Below, piece after piece: positions 48,407 to 60,031 of a DNA stretch of 64,000 nucleotides (positions are counted from its first letter, which is position 1; each line of letters opens with the position of its first letter). Origin of the DNA: Fistulifera solaris (lineage: Eukaryota); assembly GCA_030295235.1 (NCBI GenBank), contig AP026162.1, positions 1,860,001 to 1,924,000 of the forward strand, in the 5' to 3' direction. Below the pieces are notes generated by a model. It was given only the letters and a program-made list of their open reading frames with translations, was not told the origin of the DNA and did not search any database. The position numbers and the translations under genes were made by a program.

Positions 48407-50188
48407 ATGCCAACCCAAAGGTCTTCAGCAGTATCGACGTGGATACCAGGAGACCCTGATCAGGAAAAGGAAGCCAAGGAAAAGTTAGAGATTTGGCCTT
48501 TAGACGAGTACAATGCAGCTTTGTTGAATGAGGTTCATCCCTATAATTATATTCAATCTACAGATACACCCCATGAGATATACGATTTAATTGCAATCGG
48601 ATCCGGTGCTGGTGGACTGGTTTCGTCAAAGCAATCGGCTCGACGTGGAGCGAAAAGGTACGAATTGCTTCTTTTGCTTTCACTTATCGAATGTGTGAAG
48701 AAGGATGATGCCATCTTACGCTTATGCACTACTCGTCGATTCTATCAGTGCCCTCATCAGCGCCCATCTGGCGGGTGGAGATTGTTTAAATGTGGGATGT
48801 GTCCCGTCAAAGGGGCTGTTGAGTGTTGCCAAGGCAGTTTCGCAAATCCGTCGCGCTTCGGACTATGGAATCGATTTACCCGGAGGATATCAAGTAAATT
48901 TCAAAAAAAGTGATGGAGCGAATGCGTCGTTTGCGTACCAAGATTTCCCCCGCTGACGGTCATGCCGGTACGTGATAACTTTTAGAAGATCAATGCACTC
49001 GGTGCCATCGTTGATTCTCATGTTCGCTGTTGGTGAATATTAGGAACGTCACAGACAGGCGCTCACGTTTATCAGGGTTTCGGAAGATTTACGGGCCCGG
49101 ATACCATTGAAGTGCATCATAGCAATGGTGCGAAGACAACACTCAAATTTCGAAAAGCTGTTATCGCCACTGGCGGGCGTCCGAGCATCCCATCGTTACC
49201 TGGGCTATCCGAGGCACCATATACTACTAATGAAAATCTATTTAATTTGGAGGTGTTGCCTCCGAGAATGGTTGTTTTGGGGTCTGGTGTGATTGCTCTG
49301 GAAATGGCGCAGTCATTTGCGCTGTTGGGGTCTTCTGTCACTGTTTTAGTACGCAACGAGCACTTTCTCAAATCCAAACATGGCGATGACGAAGCAGCAC
49401 AAATTTTACAAACCGCTCTAGAAGAAAGCGGCGTGACCTTTGTTACGGGAAGTGCTAAACGAGTGACAACAATTCGCCAAAGAGGGGATGATCCCAAAGA
49501 GCAACCGCTGATGAAAGTCACCGTAGGATCAGATTCAGCAGATGATATTGACTTGGAGTGTGAATGTCTCCTTGTAGCCACTGGAAGAGAGGCAAACGTT
49601 GAAAATCTAGGTTTGGAAGAAGCTGGTGTTCAGTATCAAGCAAGAGAGGGTATTCAAGTCAATGACTTGGCACAAACAACAGGCAATCCGAACGTCTATG
49701 CTGTCGGTGACTGTGTAGCTGGTGTTCCGAGATTGACGCACGTGAGTGGTGAAATGGCGAAGCTGGTGGTACAAAATAGTCTTTTTGATGACAATTGGAA
49801 GATCAGCAGTTTAGTCGTACCAGCAGTCATGTACACAGAGCCAGAGTACGCCACGGTTGGACTCCACTCTGCCAGCGCAGCTGAGAAGGAGGGCGTCGAA
49901 GTTGATACATACAGGGCTGGATTAGAGCACAACGATCGAGCAATCTTAGAAGGCACTAACGTGGGTTTTTGCAAGATCTTTTGCCGCAAAGGGACGGACG
50001 AAATAGTAGGAGCAACGATTGTAGCAGAAAGGGCGGGCGAAATGATAAACGAAATATCACTAGCAATGAAGAATAGTATCGGTCTGCGAGCGATTGGACG
50101 AAACATTCATGCCTACCCGACAACGGGCGAGGCCGTTATGGGATGCGGTATTCAGTACATAAACTTGAAATGGAAACGCCTGGACTGA
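48407..50188 (+). CDS. Class I pyridine nucleotide-disulfide oxidoreductase (mercuric reductase-like / LPD family)
   Basis: YDLIAIGSGAGG, GGDCLNVGCVPSK redox disulfide, GSGVIALE, ATGREANV, YAVGDC, HAYPTTGE. Introns near 48658-48748 and 48968-49042; indel near 48905. Confidence 0.88.
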
Positions 50189-50281
50189 TCCTCAATAAAC
50201 AATACAAAGAACGACATAGTTGTGATATTTTTTTATGCTAGTCTACAGATTCTTCAAAACAAAAAGATGGCAAGTGACTCA

Positions 50282-51426
50282 TCATCTTGCTGTAAGACGG
50301 ACCACTTCACCCAATTTGGCAGACCTCTGCGCTGCATCCACAATACTTTGTACGTATAAACATTGGTCACGGGAGACGGGCCAAGGTTCATCCAACAGCA
50401 CTGTATTCACAAAAGCATCAAGCTCGTTGGCAAATGCGTGCTCAAAACGTTGAGGAAACGAATGCTGCCAAAGGGCTCCGTGAGAACCCTTCTTGTTGCG
50501 AATGGTTGTTGAATGTTCCGGGATGTTTCCTATCGACACAAGTCCCTCGGTCCCAAATAGTTCACAACGTTGATCATAACCATACACCGAAGAGCGACTT
50601 AGGAACAAGGTTGCCACGGCGCCTGCAGATGCAGTCAAATGAGGTATCATGCCGTTTCGATAAGTGCATTGATTGACTTACCTCCCTCAAACTGAAGCAA
50701 GACAGTCGCATGGTTTTGTACTCCCGCTTCTGCCAGCTGGGGTGACGAGGCGGAGGCTACGGCAAACACAGATTCGACTCGATCATCTTTCCATACATGA
50801 GTTATGTAGTCCACATCATGGGCTGCCAGATCCATAAATATGTCCCCGCCAGTCAGCAAGAACTCGATCGGCGGAACGGGATGATCCCCGAAGAATATTC
50901 GAGCCGTAATGGGCTTTCCGAACGCCGCGCTCGTCATTGCAGCTTGGTACGAAGGATCAAATCGTCGTTGAAAGCCGCAACACAAAGCAACAGGCCGTGG
51001 TCGAGTGGAGTGCGAAACTTGTGATACGCTTTCAAAAAGATCTTCAATGGCGCTTGCCGATTCAGCAACCGGTTTTTCCACAAATGTATCTAAGCCGTAA
51101 CTAGCGGCAAGCAAAATAACCTCCGAGTGAGAATGCGTCGGGGTGCAAACGACTACAGCATCTAGGGGACGTGCTTGATTTTCACAAGCCTCCTCTAGAG
51201 ACTGATACTCTGGAATCCGGTACATGCTGGCCAGATGACCTCCCTTCCCTGCTGTATCCGCGACACCACAAAGATCCACGCGTGGATTTGAATGCAGTAT
51301 TTTGGCGCGAATTTGGCCCATGCGGCCGGCGCCTACCAGTAAGATTTGCGCACGAGGCTCCTTCTGCGTCGAGTATCGGGCGAAAAAACGCGTCCATCTA
51401 TTTCTTAATGAGGTTAGTTTCATCAT
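50282..51426 (-). CDS. Gfo/Idh/MocA oxidoreductase, myo-inositol 2-dehydrogenase-like
   Basis: LVGAGRMG, VCTPTHSH, FVEKP, GFQRRFDPSY, DLAAHDVD, YGYDQRCELFG; intron 50681..50623. Confidence 0.88.
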
Positions 51427-52200
51427 GATCACTGTCAATCAAGATTTTACATTTCTGCATCATCATGGTCGTGAAATAAATATTGCGTGCCCATGTTTTT
51501 ACAGTTTGGGCATATAGTAAATACTGAAAGCAACAACTTTTTCACAAGTTTTATCGACATTAGGCTACAAATCAAAACATGTAGTCTAGACCTAATAAAA
51601 ATGCTACCTAAAACACTTACACCGTAAGAAAACCCATGAATCTCAATAAGCTGGCCGTGCAGAGGAAGGTTTTAGGTGGCAGCAAATGCAGTCGTGTACC
51701 CGTAAACCAACACTTTGGGCATATAGTAAAACCAGAGACGACGATCCGCACGGATGTTCAACGTTATAAGAAGCGAGATAAGCTTTTCAAATGCAGCTTA
51801 GGGCAATTACATCGTTATGCGAACCAATACAGCTTGCCATGCTATCATAAGAACATGGTTAGGCAGCAGTCTGTTTCGAAATCCCAAGCCTCATTTGATT
51901 CGCGAGTGAATACCATTCGCAGTCACGAGCGACATTGGAGGGAGCTTTCCGTTTGACACGCCGGCGCGCAAGCGCGCACCTCCGCGAAGATTTCCCTCCA
52001 CGCATTTTTGGCAGCACAAAATGCATTGCTGCCGGTAACAAAACTGGCAACGCCGTGAAGATTCATTCTTTGCAAAGTCACAAGAGAGAAGTTTTGAACG
52101 ATTTTTGAACGACTAAGGCACTTAACTCTTTCAAAGAGAGGGTATTCAAGAAGTAGAATAAGCGTTTCATTTTACTGGACTGGCATTTCCTTTCGCGAAC

Positions 52201-55200
52201 ATGTCGACTCGACGCTCATCTCGATCGCGTCGTCAAGCGCACACAATCTATGACGATGCGAAAGCGAACCTCGAGAGCTCTTCTGCTCGGTAAGTAAGCT
52301 TTTGCTACCTGTATGTATGTCGCGTAACAGAGCAGCGTCTAATGAAGTCTGTACTTCTTCTTTGCAGGAAAAAGCAACGAATCATGGATGACGACTCGGA
52401 AATGGAAAGTCAACGTGATGATCAGAGCCAGCGGGAACTCGAACCATCTGAAGACGAGCAGCAGAACGACGAATCGGAAGAAGAGGACACATCGGATACG
52501 GACGAACCCTTTGAAAAGCCCAAACGAAAGTCTCCCGCAAAAGCTCGAAATTCGACATCACGGCCGGTCCGAGTCACTCCCGCCAAACAACCCAAGCAAG
52601 GCAAGTCCAAGAAAGGGACCGTGCCTTCCCGCCGAACTGTGCTTAACACAATGGCTACAACGCGAAAAAAGATTCTAAAAGAGAACGAAACGGCCGAAAA
52701 CTCGATCCTAGCCGGACTCCTTGAAGCACAAGCCTCGCCATCAAAAGTGGCCCGACGTGCTGCACAGGAGTTTGCCGTAGATCCATCCAATGCAGTCGAT
52801 GAGCTGGCGCAGTTGATATTCCGATCGGTTGGTGGCGGCACAGAGATTCCTTTACCGATTGGGAGCATTGTTCGGAAGACGAGCTATCGCAACTACTCAG
52901 CGATGTCGTGAAAGGGATGGAAGCAACCCCTCCCGATCAGGTCTTGTTACATTTGACTTTGGCCGATACCAACAGCCGTGCGGCGGCAGTGAGCAAAGAA
53001 TATCGAAAGCTCTACGAAGAATTCTGGCGACAATTAACGTCTCTGATTGTCATTGAAGGGCTTGGCGCCGATGACGAAGATGAAGAGGCTAGCGGCCCCG
53101 AAGCTGTCAAAACGATTATGGAGCGATTGATGAACTTGGCGCATGTCGGTGTCACGGATATTCGCGCAGCTGCGACGTTGGCTCTCTATCAAATGGGTCT
53201 CGCGCTGGTCGAGCGATCGGTCGATCTCGACAATAAATTGACAACTGCCCGGCGTCAGCTCCAAGCCGCTAGCAATCAAGCTCGCAAGAAAGCGGCCTTG
53301 ACGACACAGATCGAGTCGTACGAGCAAGAAAAGGAGCTACTAGATGAGATGGTTCAAGGCATTGTGATCAGTGCGGTTTTCATGAAGCGATACAAAGACA
53401 TCAATCCTCATATCAGAGCCACTTCCATCGAAGTACTTTCACAGTTTATGATCCTCAGTCCAGAAGTTTTTCTGAAGAATATTTTTCTCAAGTACATCGG
53501 CTGGTTGCTGAGTGACAAGAATGCCACTGTCCGAGACTGCGCTGTACAATGCTTTAAAGCGCCCATCGTCTCTGATCTCGACAGCGACGACGTGAAGCAG
53601 GCCATGGAAGGCGCTATAACGAAGTTCTTGCCTCGACTATGCGACTGTGTTCTTGATGTGGACTCCAAAGTTCAGGAATCTACCATGGAGCTTTTTGTGA
53701 TTCTGATGAAGAAAGGCTATCTCGACAGTCTCGACGATGATTCGAAATGGGATCAGCTTAACCTTCGCGCGTTGGCCGCCGATGCTAGCCCCAAGGTACG
53801 ATACCATGCCCTCATGTTCGTCATCGAGCAACTAGAACCTTTCGATAAGGCCAATTCACGCGATTCAGACCGTAGTGCTGTTGAGAAAATTAAAGCGTTG
53901 GTGCAATGGTAAGGAATTTGTCCCCTGTTCGTCAATTGCCGAGCATTATTTTCTGACTAAATATCATTTCACAGGATTGTTCATATGCTCGGTGACGGAG
54001 ATATTCCCTTGAAATTCATTCGCTATGAGCTCGTAGACTTTTGTGTGACATCTTTGAGATCGTCCCCCGACTACAAGAGTTTGATATGCAACTGGTCAGC
54101 GATGCTGAAAGTCCTGGAGACAGAGACGACGCGGGTGTTGCAAAGTTCTGAAGACATCGACGAGCAGAGCGATCGACGTGTAGACTCGATAACGCAGCGA
54201 GTAATCCTACGCATGTTAGCGACGGCTATTGAAATGGAAGTCTCATCCTACTCTTCTTCGGCTAGTAAACTCCTCGACGGAACTATCGATGGGGACCTGG
54301 CCGCGGCTCGAAAAAGCTTTACAGACGGAGATCAAAGCGCCGACAAAAAAGAAGAACAATGAAGAGTCCTCTTCGCACGAAAAACTTACATCGGAACTGC
54401 TTTTGGCTCTTCCAGACCTGCTGATTGCTTACAAAGCAGATTCGAGTGTCGTTTCTGGGCTAGTCGCCTTGCCGCAGTACTTTGGTAAGTTACCTCGCAT
54501 GTTAATTTATTTCATTTTCTTTGGCTCACACCACTACAGATCACGGTGCTTTCAATCTTGCTAGTCGTCGTAAACACTTTTTGAAGCTTGTCGATGTCAT
54601 ATCCGATATTTTCTTGGAGTCCACCGAGACTTCTGTCCTGAGCAGCTGTGTCCTTACTCTAACAAGTCTTTGTTCCCAAGAACACTCCCGTTTTGAAGAT
54701 GTTCAACTTCGCCTGAAGAGAGTCGCAAGATCTCTTCAAGATCGCTTGTTAGAGTTGCTTTTGTTGAAAAGTAACCTTGCGGGGAAGAAAAGAATAGGGA
54801 CAAAAGAGGTTCCGAAGGGTCCACGGATTCGGCGGCAGATATTGAGCAATCTATCTGTCTTTGTCTTCGTCGGTTACAGACAATGTCACAGCGATTATCT
54901 ATAGTTGATCTTCTGATTGACGAGAAAGACGACGCGGAAGAGATGGACAAAATAACGGACGATTTGTTCACACACGTTTCTGAATACGTCGCAAAAGAAC
55001 TTCAATCGCGAAAGATTATCCCTGTAGAAGACGATGAAGATGACAGAGTCAGCGAGGTGCCAAAGATCTGGGAGGAAGTAGACAGCCGCATACATCAAAC
55101 AATCGCAAATAGTATCCAAGAAGCCATAACGTTTCTACTCACAGTTTTGGCATGGCGTCTTCAGAAGGAAATAGCTGACAGTGAGAAACAAGATGCCAGT

Positions 55201-56685
55201 CAGGATGACTACAGAGAACATATTGTGGTTCGAATGCGGGATCGTCTTCTAAAACTACTTTCACTTTGTTTTGAGCAGTATCTCGATGCCGAGGAGAGCA
55301 CATATTCCATCGTTCACACTGAATTCTCCATAAAAGTTCAGACGGTTGCGTGTCGCATAGCCGGTGATGTTCGGGCACTTTTTCCTAAAGCATGGCAACG
55401 CAGCTCGTCGCCTTTTCTTGCCGCTTGTGCCTTGATTGAAGACGACTCTTTGATTGGTGGTACAGTTCGATTCCTGCAGTCGCAAGAAGCCAAGGTAAGT
55501 CTCCATTGTACGCCGTACCCTTCTAACACGAACTAACACGTATGAAAAACACAGTCGCTCGATATCACTAAGGGTTGCGATGTCCCGCATGACATTCTAC
55601 TATCTATGGCCCGAGGATTGGCGGTAAACTGGAAGACTTGCAACCGTAGAGAAGCTGGTATGGTTTTTGCGCACTTGAACGACGAAAGCGACGAGACGAA
55701 AGGTATCATATCCTCGTTGTCGTCCGTAGCCAAGACGGTACGTTGATACGTTAATATCTGAAAATTAACTTGTTGCGGAAAGATAACCTTACCCATTTGT
55801 TTTTTTGTTTAGATTGATCCTTATCGTTTGCTGGAAGCGCACTTGGCTTGTCTCACGCAATCGTTTGACGGCTGGCTCAACGCAGAACCTGAAGAGCCTG
55901 AAAGCGATCGACCTTCGGAGGAAGAGATGGAAGCATACGATGAGGCATGTGCGAGTCATCGAACAATGTTCAAGAATCTAGATGAACTATCGGGGCGTCT
56001 ATCTGCAACGCTCGGTAAAGCAAAACTCAGCAAAACGATGGTTTTAGCATTACGTGGGTTCTTTCGTGCGGGAGTCGAGTACGCTTTCTTAGCCGAAGAT
56101 CCTTTTAATGAAGGCGAACATGTTGTTGGAATGCGTTTAGCGTTTCTACGAATAATCGCAAAGTAAGTGTTGCATCTTTATGTTCCCTCCTCCTTACCTC
56201 TTGGTTCTCATTCTTTTCTTTATGTAACTTTCAGATATCTGAGCCACATCAAGGGTGATAGCGACGGGAAAAAGAGATTGCTCCATGACTTGAACGCTCG
56301 CGAGGAAGAACTGCGTCAGCATCCTGATTTTGACCAGATATTGGACGAGGATCGTGAAGCGCTTTCCGCCTTTCGAAAAGCGGCAGGATTCAAATCCATT
56401 CGGGTTGAGACCCAAGAAACTAGAGATGTTGAAAGTGACGGCGAAAGTGACGCGGTTGATGATGGCAGCGAAGAGAAGGAACGAGAAACACAGGATGGAT
56501 CATTCCGAAAGCGCGGCCGAACTGATGCTGACAGCCCCGCGTCGAAGCAGTCCTTCCAGAGCCAGTCGTCTCGTTCTTATTCCATGGAGAAAGATGAGAG
56601 TGTAACTCAGCATGAGGAGTCGTTGACACCTCGCGGACTTCGACAAATGACTGCCACCGATGATTCGATGAACGATTCACTTTAG
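52201..56685 (+). CDS. SCC3: Cohesin subunit SA/Scc3 (stromalin, STAG family)
   Basis: FMKRYKDINPHIRATSIEVLSQFMILSPEVFLKNIFLKYIGWLLSDKNATVR is the stromalin conserved domain. Acidic termini, about six introns and several homopolymer indels. Confidence 0.88.
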
Positions 56686-56752
56686 GCCCTAGCTTATGTT
56701 GATAGAAGTCTTATTTTGGTACTGAAGTAGTTAATCTGAACTATTTATGAAT

Positions 56753-57896
56753 TTATTTCGCGTAAACGTCCCAGCGACTCACCGGTCCGTCCAAAGCGTA
56801 CATTGGATTTGGAGTTGCGTAGGAAGGAGCGGATGACGATTCTCGTCCAAGTGTAGGAGCATTCTTGGGACGTTTGACCACTACTCGCTGCCGAGTAGCT
56901 TCCAACGACAACAACAGAAGGTCCTGTTCCTGCTTCAAGCGCTCATCTAGTTCTACATCTTGCGATCCCAGAAGCCCATGCAGTATTTGCATATTTTTCT
57001 TCACCGATGCGCTCTTCTTTCTTTGGAAACATTTAGAGCAGGACTCTCTTTTCTGGGACACGACATTGCCGTTCACTTACCTCTCAGGAAACATTGGGTC
57101 GAGATATATTATCTCAGGACGACTTTCAATGTCGGCTGTCAACAAAGCGTTGGCTACGTTGAGACCATCATCGTGTATCAAGTGCAGTCTATCCGCCAAA
57201 TCAGACGCTTCCCTACGAATTGGATCACGGATGCAATTTGCTTCCGTTAAAACGACAAGGCGACGCAAAGCATCTTTTAATAAGCAGGTCAAAACTGGAT
57301 TGCGTTCCACCATATATACTTTTCCTGCTCCGCTTTTCGCCATCAAAAGCGAATCTTGTCCAAACCCGGCCGTCAAGTCATAAATCGTGACGTCTGACAT
57401 ACATCGATTCGGCAAACCCACGGCCTTGATCAGTAAGTCACGCCCCGATTCCCCCCGAAGCTCGTTTCCCCAATCGACTTTTCGCAGGGGGAAAGAAATC
57501 GACAAAAAATGGATTCATGTTCATTTTCGGCTTGTTATTCTTTCCGCTTCGATCCAAGGTCGCGATAGCGAGAGCATAGTCTTGCAACTGGTCGTACTGA
57601 TACGGCACCCACGTCAAAAAGTGCGTGTAGACGCAATCATTTTGCGACAAGAGTTCTTCTTTGGAGAATGTTGCTAAGTTCAGGTGTGACGTAAGGGTTG
57701 AAGTGATTGTCTCAGAAGTGCCGAACTCATTTTCCAGAATACAGCAGGCACTGGATGCCGATAAATACAGAGATGGTTGTGACGACAATCTCAGAGTCTC
57801 AAAAGGTTGAAGGATAAAGCCGTAACTCTCCTTCCGTAACAACAGAATTATCAAAACAATTATAATCCTCACTGACTTATTGCTGGAATGCTGCAT
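56753..57896 (-). CDS. rsmJ: RsmJ-like 16S rRNA m2G1516 methyltransferase with bipartite plastid presequence
   Basis: YDLTAGFGQDS, MVERNP, IYLDPMFPE|RKKSASVKKNMQ, RVVVKRP. Signal peptide ending SYG-F; intron 57080..57021; indel near 57480. Confidence 0.85.
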
Positions 57897-58285
57897 TGCG
57901 GTTTTATGGATGAAATAGGACTTATTATTCGAAAGGGTAAATACGTTCTTGCTTTTTTTGTGCATGAACGAGGGTGGAGAAATGGGAGCTTATATATAAT
58001 GCAAGATGCGTGTCCTACAAGCACTGCTTCGTATTGTAGATAATTAGATGAGAACCGCTTCACATACAGGAGAAATTCATCCCACGAATGCAGGAGCACC
58101 CTAGACCTATAGGACGAGAAAATGCGACAATGAGGAAATACGGAGTAATTTTTTTGCTTTAGAATAATATTTGAGCTTGTACATTATATGCTAATATCTG
58201 ATCGACAGGAAGAAAAGCATCCGATTGCTTTGCATATGGTGAAACGAGGTTTGCAGAGACGCTTGCAGTGATAAGGTTATCAAGC

Positions 58286-59815
58286 ATGATCAAAAATTTA
58301 CTTCGTCGGAACCTTAAGCAATCTTCGTCACTTCATGATAGTGATGATGCGTGGGATTCGGATCCAAGCGAGAGTGCAAGCGATTCTTCCGGAGACGATA
58401 GCTATGACAGTGAAATTGCATCACCGCTACATCTGAAATCGTCTTTCATGAGACGACGAATTCCCGAACGTACTACAACCAAAGATGTCATTAGGGGGAG
58501 TTCGATTCCTCCAACCAGAGGTGCGCGAAGAAGAAGAGTTTGGGTGAGCCGAGGAAAAGATTGTGCACTTTTACTGGGATGTTTTGCGACCTATGTGTTG
58601 TGTTTCAGCATATTATTATGGCTCGCGGCCTTATGTTATATTTACGTCAGAAATACTTTTGGTCCTTACGATCGACCGGATCACCGCCACAAATCGATGG
58701 CTCGTCGAGGACCCACTTCCGTGCACAATCGTCAAAAAGATGCTGGAATTTTAGGTCATGTTTCGAATTCTATAGCTCATACATGGAATGAAATGACCAA
58801 ACCAATCCATCCGCCGCCGAGAAAACGAATTAAAGGATCCGAAGAACTGGCTGAAGGATGTGTTCGACCCCAATGGCAAGAGCGCGCTTTTCCAAATTGC
58901 AATGAGATGCACGAAATCGATCTCTTGTCAACTTTGATACGTAGCGAGACTGGAGATACCGCAACGGATGGAATAGGATTTCTCGACAGTGGTCTTTGGA
59001 GGTCTGTTTGGGCGGTAGATCCACGTCCCGTCATGCGGACACCAGTGGTCTTGAAAATGATGAAACAAAAGCATGCCGTCGATGAGCGGAATTTTGATCG
59101 ACATCGCAGAGATGCGCTCGTCATGGAGCAACTGACGTCTTCCCCCAACGTCGTGGATATTTACAGCTATTGTGGAAACAGCGTGCTGACAGAATTCATT
59201 CCAGTGCCTTTAGATGCCCTTATCAGTGCGGAGGAAAAGATTGACGCAGCTGAATCTGGAGGCTTGAGCAGAGACACTCCTGACGGAAGATTACGTCTGG
59301 CTTTGGATGTTGCCAGGGGAATGAAGGCGCTGCATGAGATTCCCGGAGGACCGATTATTCACGCCGACATTCAGCCTCGGCAATTTCTAGTTTCTTCTAG
59401 TGGAGTGTTAAAGGTCAATGACTTTAATCGATGCCGTTTCATGGGTCAAGATGCCAGAGGTATACCGTGTAAGTTGATGATCCCCTCGGCACCTGGTAAG
59501 GCACGATCACCGGAGGAATACGAGGGCGAACAACTCGACGAGAAACTAGACATTTATTCGATTGCCAATGTTTACTTCGAAATTCTGACCGGTGTGAATC
59601 CTTGGAGAACGAAAACAGCAGACGAAACACAGAGATTGGTGAAACAGGGTGTCAAACCTCTCATTCGTGATGAGTTCCGTAAGCCTGGAACTTCAGACGA
59701 ACTCTTAGCTGATTTGACATTGAAGGCTTACTCGTTGTCACCAAACGATCGGCCTAGTGCAGCTCAGCTTGTCGATGCAATAGAGAGTTATCTGAACGAA
59801 AAGAGAATTGAATAG
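58286..59815 (+). CDS. Type II membrane protein kinase, atypical (PKDCC/secretory-like)
   Basis: TM helix (ALLLGCFATYVLCFSILLWLAALCYIYV) precedes a kinase domain with GLWRSVW, VLKMMK, HADIQPRQF, NDFNRCRF, RSPEE, DIYS. Confidence 0.85.
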   Translation: MIKNLLRRNLKQSSSLHDSDDAWDSDPSESASDSSGDDSYDSEIASPLHLKSSFMRRRIPERTTTKDVIRGSSIPPTRGARRRRVWVSRGKDCALLLGCFATYVLCFSILLWLAALCYIYVRNTFGPYDRPDHRHKSMARRGPTSVHNRQKDAGILGHVSNSIAHTWNEMTKPIHPPPRKRIKGSEELAEGCVRPQWQERAFPNCNEMHEIDLLSTLIRSETGDTATDGIGFLDSGLWRSVWAVDPRPVMRTPVVLKMMKQKHAVDERNFDRHRRDALVMEQLTSSPNVVDIYSYCGNSVLTEFIPVPLDALISAEEKIDAAESGGLSRDTPDGRLRLALDVARGMKALHEIPGGPIIHADIQPRQFLVSSSGVLKVNDFNRCRFMGQDARGIPCKLMIPSAPGKARSPEEYEGEQLDEKLDIYSIANVYFEILTGVNPWRTKTADETQRLVKQGVKPLIRDEFRKPGTSDELLADLTLKAYSLSPNDRPSAAQLVDAIESYLNEKRIE

Positions 59816-60031
59816 GCGAAATGACGAAAGACGGAAGACCCGAAGACCTAGCGATGGTCTAACCGTCATCCGCGCTGTCAATTATTCTCTCGTCGCCCTC
59901 GCAAAAAAGTCCCTGAAAGAATAACGACGATGCGATGAGCCTTTATTATCCCCATTTTTCTTTAATAAAAGCTAGTATACAGCTCAGCTGAACAATATCT
60001 CTCGCAATTAAAAAGATTAAAAACGTCTAAG

